Positions 1 to 10,300 of a DNA stretch of 64,000 bases are shown here, in pieces. The DNA is from Mobula hypostoma (taxonomy: Eukaryota), in assembly GCF_963921235.1 (NCBI RefSeq), contig NC_086097.1, positions 89,716,001 to 89,780,000 of the forward strand, written 5' to 3'. Position numbers and translations under genes: made by a program. Every line of letters starts with the position of its first letter. The stretch's first letter is position 1. The notes under the pieces were generated by a model. The model did not search any database and was not told where the DNA came from. It was given only the letters and a program-made list of their open reading frames with translations.

Positions 1-1364
1 GATGCTTTGGACATTGACAACATCTTTCAAATTGATGAGACAGCTTTTACATTGGACGCTCTAATGACAAAATTTGAGGAGTATTTTGTCCTAAGTAAAA
101 ACATCACGTTTGAGAGATGTAAGTTTTTTTCCTGTGATCAGAAACAAGGTGTTAGCCTTTACCAATACTTAGCTGAACTTCTCACACTGAGTAAGTCCTG
201 TGAGTTTGGAGATTTGAGAGATTCACTAGTTAGGGACGAAATAGTTTGTGGAGCTTTAAATAATGGGTTCAGAGAAAGATTATTCTGGGGAAAAGATTCA
301 ATGTTGGAAAGGGCTATGGATATGTGTAGGGCAGCATAGATCACACAATCACAGGCTAAGGAGCTGCACAGGGCTGAAACAACAGTACATGCTGTGAAAA
401 CAGAGGGGCAGAGCACAAGGCGTTTCCCAAAGCAACAACAAAGAAAAGAGGAAGGCTCAAACAGTAAATGTAGCGAATGTAGAAGTAGGCACATCCTAAA
501 GGTGTGTGTTGCTTATGGAAAGTCCTGCAACAATTGTGGAAAGAAGAATCATTTTGCAAAGTGCTGCAAAGCTGGGGCTACCAAGCAAAAGGTGCATATG
601 GTTGCTGAGGAAATGAAGGAAGTCTTTATAGACAGACTGCTGATGCTGGTAAGATGGAACGGATTTTTCCAATGACTGTGAATGAGACAGTAATTCCATT
701 TCAATTTGACGCCGGAGTCCAGGTGAATCTGTTGTCTATGGATGATTACAAAATGCACAAGATTTACCCAGTGAAGGTAAAAGCTATATTGGAGGGAACA
801 TTCCAGTTAAAGGGGGCTGTTTAGTGACCTTCAAGCACAAGGGACAGCACCTAAAAGCACAGTTACTGATTGTTGAAAAGCGAGTATGGCCAATACTAGG
901 TCTGAGTGAATGTGAAAAGCTCAACCTAGTGAAAAGAGTTTTCATCGTGGCTTCACAGACCTAAGATGGCCACACTTGATTTATGGAAGAATACACAGAT
1001 CTCTTTGAGGCGTTCAGATGCTTACCTGGTGTACACAAAATGCATATCGATGAGACAGTGACTCCTGTTGTCCGTGCTTGCAGAAAAGTTCTGTTTGCAT
1101 TTAGAGACAAACTTAAGCAAGAACTGACACCCATGGAATGGGTAAATGTCATCCAGAAAACAGCAAACTGAGTGAACTCACTGCTCATTTGTGCAAAAGA
1201 AAAATGGAGCATTACGGATATGTCTAGACACAAGAGATCTCAATAAAGCCATCAAGAGAGAGCATTCTAAATTGCCAGCAAGGGAGGAGATCATGTCCTG
1301 GTTTGCAGGTGCCAAGTGATTTAGCAAACTCGACGCATCATCTAGGTTTTGGCAGATGAAGTTT

Positions 1365-2327
1365 AGATAGATGGATAGATATACTTCATTAATCCTGAGG
1401 GAAATTGGGTTTCGTTACAGCCACACCAACCAAGAATAGAGAGTAAATATAGCAATACAAAAACCACAAACAATCAAACAACAAAATTCAAACTATGCCA
1501 GATGGAAAATAAGTCCAGGACCAGTCTATTGGCTCAGGGTGTCTGAGCCTCCACGGGAGGAGCTGCACGTTCGATGGCCACAGGCAGGAACGACCTCCCA
1601 TGCCGCCCAGTGTTGTATCTTGGTGGAATGTGGCCGAAGTCCAATAGTAAAAAGTTCAATATCCGGTCTACAACACGTTCCTCGATCATAATATGACCTG
1701 GATTGCACCATCTGTTGTTAACCAGAACAGTAAGCACCCAGCTCCTTTACGCTTACCGTTCTCAGTGCACTTCCGGTCAGCCGGAACGGTCTGGAAGCCG
1801 TCCATGGAGAAGTTTTGATCGAGTATGTCCTCGTGCAGCCCCGTTCCAGTGAAGCACATAACACTGCACTCCCGAAATGTTCTCTGATGCCTGGCTAGTG
1901 CCATGAACTCGTCCATTTTATTACCCACCGAACTCCTCTTCTCCGTAAGTGTCTGTTGTCTCGACCCGGTCCTCTTTCCTCCACTTTGTGATCCCCCTCT
2001 GCATCCTCTGTGTGTTTTCCTCCAGATTTCAGCAGGGGTGTCCGCCGCTCTGCTTGCTAAACCGGCCGGCATTAGCACAAACAGCTGGTCCCTGAAATAC
2101 ACAATGTGACCTTGCTTCTGTCCCGCGTGTCGGGATGTAACTATTTCCAGCGCTAAAAACCCAAATAAAACTCTCGCTACCAGCCTGTTAGAGACGGTGC
2201 AGCTTTGACGTGTTACCGTGAAAAAAAATACAAAAAGTAACGTAAGTTAAAAAGTAAGAAGAAGAAAGTAAGAATACTTATCGGAACGGCTGTACCAGGC
2301 TGCATGCACGACTGGCGCATGTGCACT
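1365..2327 (-). mobile_element. Internally deleted Rex1/Babar-type LINE (5' UTR + APE endonuclease N-terminus joined to ORF C-terminus and 3' tail), nested in Gypsy RT
   Basis: Minus ORF NKMDEF..HQRTFRECSVMCFTGTGLHEDI..GFQTVPADR (APE), then RYNTGRHGRSFLPVAI (C-terminal motif); (CTAT)n-like tail at 1365-1380; Gypsy RT reads through once it is removed; possible GTTT duplication 1361-1364/2328-2331. Confidence 0.8.
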
Positions 2328-3499
2328 GTTTGATGAGGCAAGTTCAAGATTGTGTACTTTTAACACACCAGAGGGAAGATGTAGCTTTCTTCGATTACCA
2401 AATGGGACCCTGTCTGCACCAGGAGTCTACATTAAAACCATCCACATGATCTTTGAGGGCATACCTAGTGTCAAGACAATGATGATGACATTATTGTTTT
2501 GGGGTCCCTCAGGAAAGAACATGATGCATGACTGAGACAGGTGCTTGAAGTGACATGGAATGTCAATTTGAAATTAAATAAAGAGAAATGTAAGTTTGGT
2601 GTTAATTTACTGACTTACATAGGAGAGGGAGTGAAGCCTGACCCAAGAATGATGTCAACCATTGAAAACGTGGAGAGGCCCCAACACAAATAGGGGTGAA
2701 ATATTTCCCGGGGATGGTCTCTTACCCAGCTAAGTTCATCCCTCGATTGTCTTCTGTGTCAGCACACAGTGAAATGAGTGGATTTGGTCTCATGAGCAAG
2801 AAATCTATTTCCAGAGGCTGAAAGAGTCCTAACCGAACAGCCCATGTTGACATTTTATGATCCAGAAAGGTGCACTAGGATCTCGGCTAATATGTCCTGA
2901 TGTGGTCTTGGAGCAGTACTCCCACAGCAGCATGATGACACGTGGCAAACTGTGGCCTGTGCACTAAGGGCTTTAACAAGTGCGGAAGCCAACTATGCAC
3001 AGATAGAGAGAGAGCTTCTAGCCAGCACAAATACATGCAAAAGGTTCCATCAGTACATCTACGGACAAGCTTTTGAAGTGAGACAGACTGCAGAGCACAG
3101 GTCTCAATTATGTCCAAGCCACTGAATGACTCTCCCATGACGATACAGCGCATGTTGATAAGGCTGCAGAAATATGATCTACACACCAAGAAAGTATATG
3201 TTTGCTGCTAGTGGATTGTCTCAAGCTGTCAACAGGAAAGAAAACAGTGACCAAGGAATTAGTGTTGATCTACAGACCTACGTTGACATGATTGTCACAT
3301 CCATTCCGGTATCTCCCGATGGAACAGAAAAGATTAGGACAGCAGCAGGGACCGATGAAACAATGTAAGTACTCTAAGTGACAATACAAAAAGGATGGCC
3401 AGCAACTAACAAATGATTGTCCAATGTGCTTTCAGGATTATTGGGCATGTAGAGCTGAACTGTCAATAGTGGAAGATATGGTCTTGAAAGGAAAAAGAT

Positions 3500-3605
3500 T
3501 TGTGAAGGTTCTCGGCCCGAAACATCGACTGTACTTTTTTCCACAGATGCTCCCTGACCTGCTGAGTTCCTCCAGCATTTTATGTGTGTGGCTTGGATTT
3601 CCATT
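3500..3605 (+). mobile_element. Penelope-type 3' terminal fragment nested in Gypsy
   Basis: GGCCCGAAACATCGACTG...GATGCT.CCTGACCTGCTGAGTTCCTCCAGCATTTT motif shared with the Penelope end at 32426-32520. Confidence 0.75.
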
Positions 3606-4599
3606 TTGTCTTGTTTGTGATTCCAGTGTCACTACACAAGGAAATGCACCAGAAGATACATGAAGGGCACCTTGGCGAGGAAAAACGTAAACAAAGAGCT
3701 CCTGAAGTGATGCACTGGCCAAGAATGAGCCAAGACATCACCCAGACCATTGCTTCATGTGGAATATGCCTAACCTATAGACCAAAGCAGTAAGGAGAAC
3801 TGTTTAGACCACACCCTGTACCAGTCAGGCCATACTTCGAGGTTGGACTGCATTAGTTTGATTATAATGGAAAGAGTCACATTGTTGTAACAGACTACTT
3901 TTCCAATTACCCAGAGGTTGCAACACTGCAATCAACATCCAGCAAAGTGCCACCACCTTCCTGCAAGCTGTGTTTGTGAGGCATGGAGTTCCATGTGAAG
4001 TGGTATCAGACAATGATCCATAATTTTTAGTCTGTGAATTTGAGTCCTTTGCCAATAATTGTCAAATTGGCTACAGAGAAAGGGAAGGAAGAACAGAAAC
4101 AGTATCACAACAAGACTGAAAAAAGTCTACCAGTCCCGAAACCTGGAGATCATGTGCAAATTGGGATCACAATTCCGGCACATAGTCTGTGTAAGAATAT
4201 GTACAAGAGGAAGTTGCTCCACATTCCTACCAGATCCCGATGGAGCAAGGAACACTTCTAAGAAGGAACTGTGTGTATCTATGACCACGTGTTCCAACCC
4301 ATAACTGTGACTCATCACCTGTCAGTACACCAAATGGGCCAGCAAATGCAAAAAAATAAGCTTGTTGTCCAGAGTTCTCAGAAAGACACTAATATTAGCA
4401 CAGCAAGTGAAAGCAATACATCGGTAGAGATGAATAGCAGACCAAATAAGGACCATCAAACCATCTCAGAGACTGATTGAGAGTCGCTAAGTGAATAAGG
4501 GACTGTATATAAGAAGAAGAAGTGAATTTTATGTAAATATCTCTGTCAGAAAGCATTTTATTGTTTCTTGCAGGTTTAAGAGAACATAGTGTTGTGTTT

Positions 4600-4833
4600 A
4601 AAAACGTAAACACGAGGAATTCTGCAGATACTGGAAATTCAAGCAACACACATCAAAGTTGCTGGTGAATGCAGCAGGCCAGGCAGCATCTCTAGGAAGA
4701 GGTACAGTCGACGTTTCGGGCCAAGACCCTTCGTCAAGACAAAGGGTCTCGGCCCGAAGCGTCGACTGTAACTCTTCCTAGAGATGCTGCCTGGCCTGCT
4801 GCGTTCACCAGCAACTTTGATGAGTGTTGCTTG
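4600..4833. mobile_element. Palindromic Penelope-derived mini-element (two inverted terminal segments)
   Basis: About 90-bp inverted arms (~4639-4730 / ~4743-4834); 14-bp TSD ATAGT(G/A)TTGTGTTT at 4586-4599 and 4834-4847. Confidence 0.85.
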
Positions 4834-4872
4834 ATAGTATTGTGTTTGTTTTTTCTTTAAAGGGGGAAGATA

Positions 4873-5070
4873 TGCTATTATGTGTGTACACAATATAGAA
4901 CTGCAATTGCCTGTGTGCAATGTGGGCCGTTTACCCAGAACCAGAAGTGATGTTGAGGAGAGGGTTGCATATTCTCAAGTTGAGCTGAAGCCATTGCTGG
5001 AGTGTCCCGAATAAAGATGTGTTAGCTTTTACCCGTGTTAAATTTGTCTTCATTAATTACAAACCTAACA
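4873..5070 (+). repeat. 3' LTR of the Gypsy element
   Basis: Polypurine tract AAAGGGGGAAGA (4859-4870) just upstream; TG start at 4873 (possibly 4871); AATAAA ~5010; ends ...CCTAACA at 5070. Confidence 0.75.
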
Positions 5071-5295
5071 CTGTCTACCTTATCATGGATGGTATAAGGA
5101 ACCAGATGGGCTTCTGAAAACTAAGGTGTGGCATTTTCATTTAATAGCATTTTACCCTTGATATGTTTGAGTTTTGCAATTCCATTGTTGAACACTGCTG
5201 TGGAATCATCCAGTACCATTCTTAATTCATTTTCAATTGACTCTATTGCAGGGGATGTGGCATGCAAATGGTGGACGGATCTCCAATCAAGTTGA
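5071..5295 (-). mobile_element. Fragment of a second Gypsy pol (protease-RT linker)
   Basis: Minus translation [13 protein letters not shown]...VFNNGIAKLKHIKGKMLLNENATP resembles the Gypsy region just upstream of RT. Confidence 0.6.
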
Positions 5296-6162
5296 TGTGC
5301 AGTATTAGACTTACTGCCATATGTACAACTAAAAAAAAGCATATCCTTGCCCGTAAAGACTTTGCAAACGTCATTGTAAAGATGTGGAAGAAGGTTTTGT
5401 GGTCTGATGAGACTAAAGTGAAATATTTCAGCCTCCACACTAAGCAATATATGTGGCATAAACCTAATACTGCGCATCAACCAGGTAACGCCATACCTAC
5501 GGTAAAGTATGGTGGAGGCAGCATTAGGTTATGTGGATGCTTTTCGCAGTAGAGACTAGAAATCTGGTCAGCCCTGATACAGAAGGGTACTAGATACAGA
5601 CCTACTAGCCTCTGCCAGAAAGCTCAAACTGGGGAGGAAGTTTGACTTTAAGCAGAACAATGACCCAAAGCATATTGCCAGAACAAACATGGAGTGGCTT
5701 CAGAAGAAGAAAATTGATGTCCGTGAGTGGCCAGTTCTGTCCTGACCCTAAACCGATCGAACATCTCTGGCAAGACCGCAAGATTGCTGTCCACCATCAC
5801 TCCCCAACTAATCTGGTACAGCATGAGCAAATTTGCCAGGAGGAATGGACAAATCTTGCTCCGTCACATTGTGCAAAGCTAATAGAGACTTAACTAACGA
5901 GACTACTGGCTGTAAAAGCTGCGAGAGATGCTTCAACTAAGTACTGAGCAAAGGGAGATGAATACTTTTGAAATGCTGACATTTCAGTTTTAGAACGTAG
6001 TTTCTCATGCTCTACAATTTCCCATTTTTTGAGCTGTCTGTGAAAAAAACAGCAAGTCATCACAATTTAAAATTCTCAGTTAAATTGATCAAAATCTCTG
6101 TCTGTAATACTCATTTATGTGAACAAAGGGTTTAGGCAAACAATTACTTTTACAATGCAATG
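5296..6162 (+). mobile_element. Tc1-family transposon relic (DDE domain plus right terminal repeat)
   Basis: [47 protein letters not shown] motifs; right end AATTACTTTTACAATGCAATG then TA (6163-6164). Confidence 0.9.
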
Positions 6163-6169
6163 TAACTCC

Positions 6170-6640
6170 ACAGCTGTACGTTGACAGTGGTTAGGCTACA
6201 CTTGGAATATTGTACACAGTTCTGATCATCACACTAAGGGAAGGTTATGCTAATGCCAGAAAGAGTGCAGAGAAGATTTACCAGGATGCGACGTGAAATT
6301 GGTTACAAGGAGAGATTGGATAGGTGGGGTGGGGGAAGAGGTGCAAGTGATCTTATAGAAGATTATGAAACTATGAAGGGCAAAGAAAGGGTAGACAGTC
6401 CCAATCTTCTTCCAAGGGTAGGGAGTCAAAAGCAAAAGTTATAGGTTTAAGGTGAGAGAGAAATATTTAAAGGGAATCTGAGGGATAGGTCTTTCACACA
6501 GAGGGTGGTGATTGTATGGAGCTGGCTGCCAGAGGAAGTGATATAGCTGAGTATAATTAAAGCTTTTAATAAACATTTGGATGGGTACATGGATAGGAAA
6601 GGTTTGGAGGGATCTGGACCAAATGCAGGAAAATGGGATA
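6170..6640 (+). mobile_element. CR1 LINE 3' fragment (decayed)
   Basis: VRLHLEYCTQF, ERVQRRFTRM, DLIEDY, FTQRVV motifs. Confidence 0.85.
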
Positions 6641-6779
6641 AGCTATTTTAGTAGCTCAGCTGGCTTGAATCTGTTTGCTGTACGACTCTTTAAAAAAAGA
6701 TCCAGATCACACGTGGTGGACTCTTGCAAAATACACTCCCTCCAACAGCCTAGCAAGTCTGTCGGTTGTGGTCATCACC

Positions 6780-7040
6780 TTCTGAGGGTCCAGTCAATGG
6801 AGTTTGCACATTCTCTCTGTGACCACATGAGTTTCCTCTGGGTGCTCCAGTTTCCTCCTACATCTCAAAGTCATGCAGACCAGTTGTTTATTTAGTCACT
6901 TTGCATTACCTTCACATGTGGGTGAGCGATAGAATCTGTGGATAGTGGGAACGTGAGGAGAAGAAAATAGTGTTCAGCTAAAGGGATATTAATGGTTGGT
7001 GCGGACAAGGTGGGCTGAAAGTTATATGTTCTATACTATA
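6780..7040 (+). mobile_element. HE1/V-domain-type SINE fragment
   Basis: GGAGTTTGCACATTCTC...GGGTGCTCCAGTTTCCTCC core, shared with 48563-48850. Confidence 0.7.
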
Positions 7041-8814
7041 CTACAGTGACACCAAGACATATCCAAGATGGGATGTCAAGAAGGATGTCTTACAGCACCT
7101 GGGCAAAGGCTGATGTGGTGGATGAAGTAACTTCCCTGTGAAGCCCAGTCTTCTTACAATGCTTTCTTGTTTCCTGCATGCCCACATTGGGATGACTGGA
7201 TAATGGTTTGCCAGAGCACTTTGATTTACACCTCTGGCACCCGTGCCACTACCTTCTTCAACTCAAGTACTCTAAGTCTGTTCAAGCCCTTTCAAAGCAC
7301 CACACATTAGATTAGAGGGTTCTGTTAGAGATCATAAATTCAATTTGACTTTCCAAAATGTCTCAGCTCACTTTGGTGCAGTGAGTTACCCCCTGATCCA
7401 TCTGCTATGAACTATGACTTCCCTGCTTAATTAAGACTTCAGACAGCAGCTTCCTGATTTGCTCCTCCAAATAATAACCCTTAACCCCGGGCTGACCCCA
7501 CTCAGAAGCCGCCACGTGCCCAAGCCTATCCTTGCCTGGCCAGTGTGGCGCTGGGTACGGCTTAGAGCAAATGGAAGCCAGTCACAGACACTGGGCTGAT
7601 TTGCAAACTGTCCAAGCCTAGTGAAGATTTATTTGCCAAGGTATTTTTTTGTCTGTAGCTATTGGTTAAACATTGACATGCCTGTCACTAAGCAGACTGA
7701 TTTGGTCACCCTCCAGAGAGCACAAACAGAACCAGATTGCCCGTGCAAGGCTCCCCCTCCTTAGTCTTCCTCTTGCGGTCACGGTGACCTCTGGCCTCTC
7801 CTCCCTGACCTGTGATATTTTCAGACATTAGCCAGATTTACTAGCAGCAGTCAGTTTGATGAGATGCAGTAAATCACTTCAATGCTGAACAAGAGAAGCA
7901 CTTATTAAACTCCACTCAGTGAAAGGATCACGAACAGAATTATTGCCCTTAGTTTTTTCATCCACTCTGTTGGCAGAACTGTTTTTGGAAAGTTGCCTCC
8001 TACGCATTCACAGAGTCAGGGGAGGTAATTGCTCGCAGCAGTGGAGAAAGAAGTGAAAATAGAACAATGGCTTGTTGCTACCTTGCGGTTCTCGGTGTGA
8101 GAATATATCTCCTAGACCGGTATTAAGACCGGGTAAAGCTAGGAGGTCACAGATCTGTGCTTGGTCAGTGAGTCTTGTTGGCACCAGCAAGGGTACTAAT
8201 TATTAGGATAATATCCTTGGGCAGGAAGAGGGATTGAACAATAATGACCACAAACACTGCTTTTAGCATCAGACCGTTGGAAATATTCCAGTTTTTGATG
8301 CAGTTGGAATAATCTCACTCCAATGCCATCCAGAATGATACTTGCAGTGACGGAGTACTGCACAGTCAAACTAAATTAAACTAAACCCCCTTCTGCCCTC
8401 TCAGATGGACCCAGAAGATTGTGCCCCTACTGTTATGTAGGGAGAACTCAGGACCAATAAAGGCACTGGACAGATTCATGAACCTACCAGCTCCAATTTG
8501 TTTAAAAAATGTCATTTATAAAATTAATATTCTTGGGGTTGTTTAACAAATATCTACCATGTTTCTGACCAGTTTCTAAAAGGATTTAATTGCCTACTTG
8601 ATTTTGAGGTTGAATAGTTTTCTAAACCACAATAACAAGTGACCTGAGAATGAAGGAAAGAGAGATTCTTCATTCCTTCTTTCATTCTCAGGTCACTTAT
8701 GACTTTGATTTAGAGAAATGAGAGCCAAATGCATGCAACTGGGAATATCTCAGTTAGGTAATTTGTTTGGCCTTGATAAATTGGACCAAAGAGCCTATTT
8801 TCCATGCTGTAAAT

Positions 8815-10300
8815 GTAACTATCATCCCTGTACCAAAGAACTCCACAACTTCGGAACTTAACAACTACTGCCTGGCGGCACAGACACTAATCAATATGAA
8901 GTGCTTTTAATGGCTGGTAATGGTAAACCTCAAAAACTCCATTCCTCTCACGCTGGACAGTCATCCACATGCTTACCAACAGAACCGCTCTACAACAGGT
9001 AGCATAGCATCTGTCTTGCTCCTGACCCTGATACACCCAGGAAACAAGGACACTTATGTCAGAATGCTGTTTCTGGATCTCAGTTCAGCCTTCAACACTA
9101 TTGTCCCTCAGGCCTTGGTGAACAAACTCCTACTCCTCAGTCTAAATACATCACTCTGCAACTGGACTTCCTAACCAACAGACCTCAGATAGCCAGGATA
9201 CGCAACCACTCCTCTCTCCCCCTCATCCTCAACACAGGTTCTCCGCTCCCCCCCCCCCAGAGCTGTGTGCTGAGCCCATTGCGATACACTCTGATCACAC
9301 ACGACTGCATGGCCGTGCAATCACATTGTCAAGTCCGCTGATGACACAACAGCGACGGGGCTCGTCATCGACAACGATGAGGCGGCCTACAGAGAGGAGG
9401 TGGAAGAGCTCGAGGCCTGGTGCCAAGCAAGCAACCTCTTCCTCAATGTCAACATGACAAAGGAGATGGTTATCAACTTCAGGACATCTCACACCACTCA
9501 CACCCCTCTTTACGTCAGTGGCACAGCAGTGGAAACTGTGAGCAGTCTCAGACTCCTGGGAGTGCGCATCTCGCACAACCTCTCATGCTCCCAGAACACA
9601 CCCTACACAATCAAGAGAGCTGAGCAACACCTCTACTTTCTGAGGAGACTGAAGAGAGCCGGACGATGCACATTAATGCTCATGTTATTCCACGGACGCG
9701 CTGTAGAGAGCATCCTAACACGCTGCCTCACTGCGTGTAATGGTTATGCATTGCAGCACCAGGGATTGCTCTTCAGTGGGTAGTTAAAGCTACCCAGCAC
9801 ATCACGGCCACCAGCCTACCCGCCATCAAGGGCATGTATACAGAAAGGTGCTGGGAAAAGGCCAGCAACATCATGAAGGATCACACCACCCTGCACATGT
9901 TCTGTTTGTCCCACTCCCGTCAGGGAGGAGGCTCCATAGCATCCGTGCCAGGACCACCAGATTTAAAAGCAGTTATTTTCCCCAAGCAGTAGGGCTGATC
10001 GACACCTCCACCCACTAAACTACCTCACCACACCACATTCCACCACTACGTTATCATCTCCTGTCAGAGTCACCTTATTTATAGATACTCCTTTGCCCAG
10101 CGTCACTTTATGGACAGACAATCAATCTATGTATATCAGCTATCTGATGTATTTATATTTATTGTGATTTTTTTTATTATTGCGTTCTTTATCTTATTGT
10201 GTTTTTATTGTTGCATCAGATCTGGAGTAACAAATAGTTTGTTCTCCTTTACACTTGTGTACTGGAAATGACACTGATTAATTCTGAATCTTGAATCTTG
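8815..10300 (+). mobile_element. Rex1/Babar LINE, 5'-truncated (RT to 3' tail)
   Basis: YVRMLFLDLSSAFNTIVPQALVNKL, WCQASNLFLNVNMTKEMVINFR, QHLYFLRRLK; tail (GAATCTT)n ~10285-10300. Confidence 0.9.

Larger units (their letters stand above)
1..5070 (+). mobile_element. Decayed Ty3/Gypsy LTR retrotransposon (gag-pol relic plus 3' LTR); 5' end lies outside the window
   Basis: Gag-like ORF 7-339; CX2CX4HX4C knuckle CNNCGKKNHFAKCC (~526-567); protease-like FQFDAGVQVN (~700-730); RT LDASSRFWQMKF/DEASSRLCTFNTPEGR; integrase HHCC HEGHLG...CGIC (~3660-3770). Order PR-RT-RH-IN; many stops and frameshifts. Confidence 0.93.
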
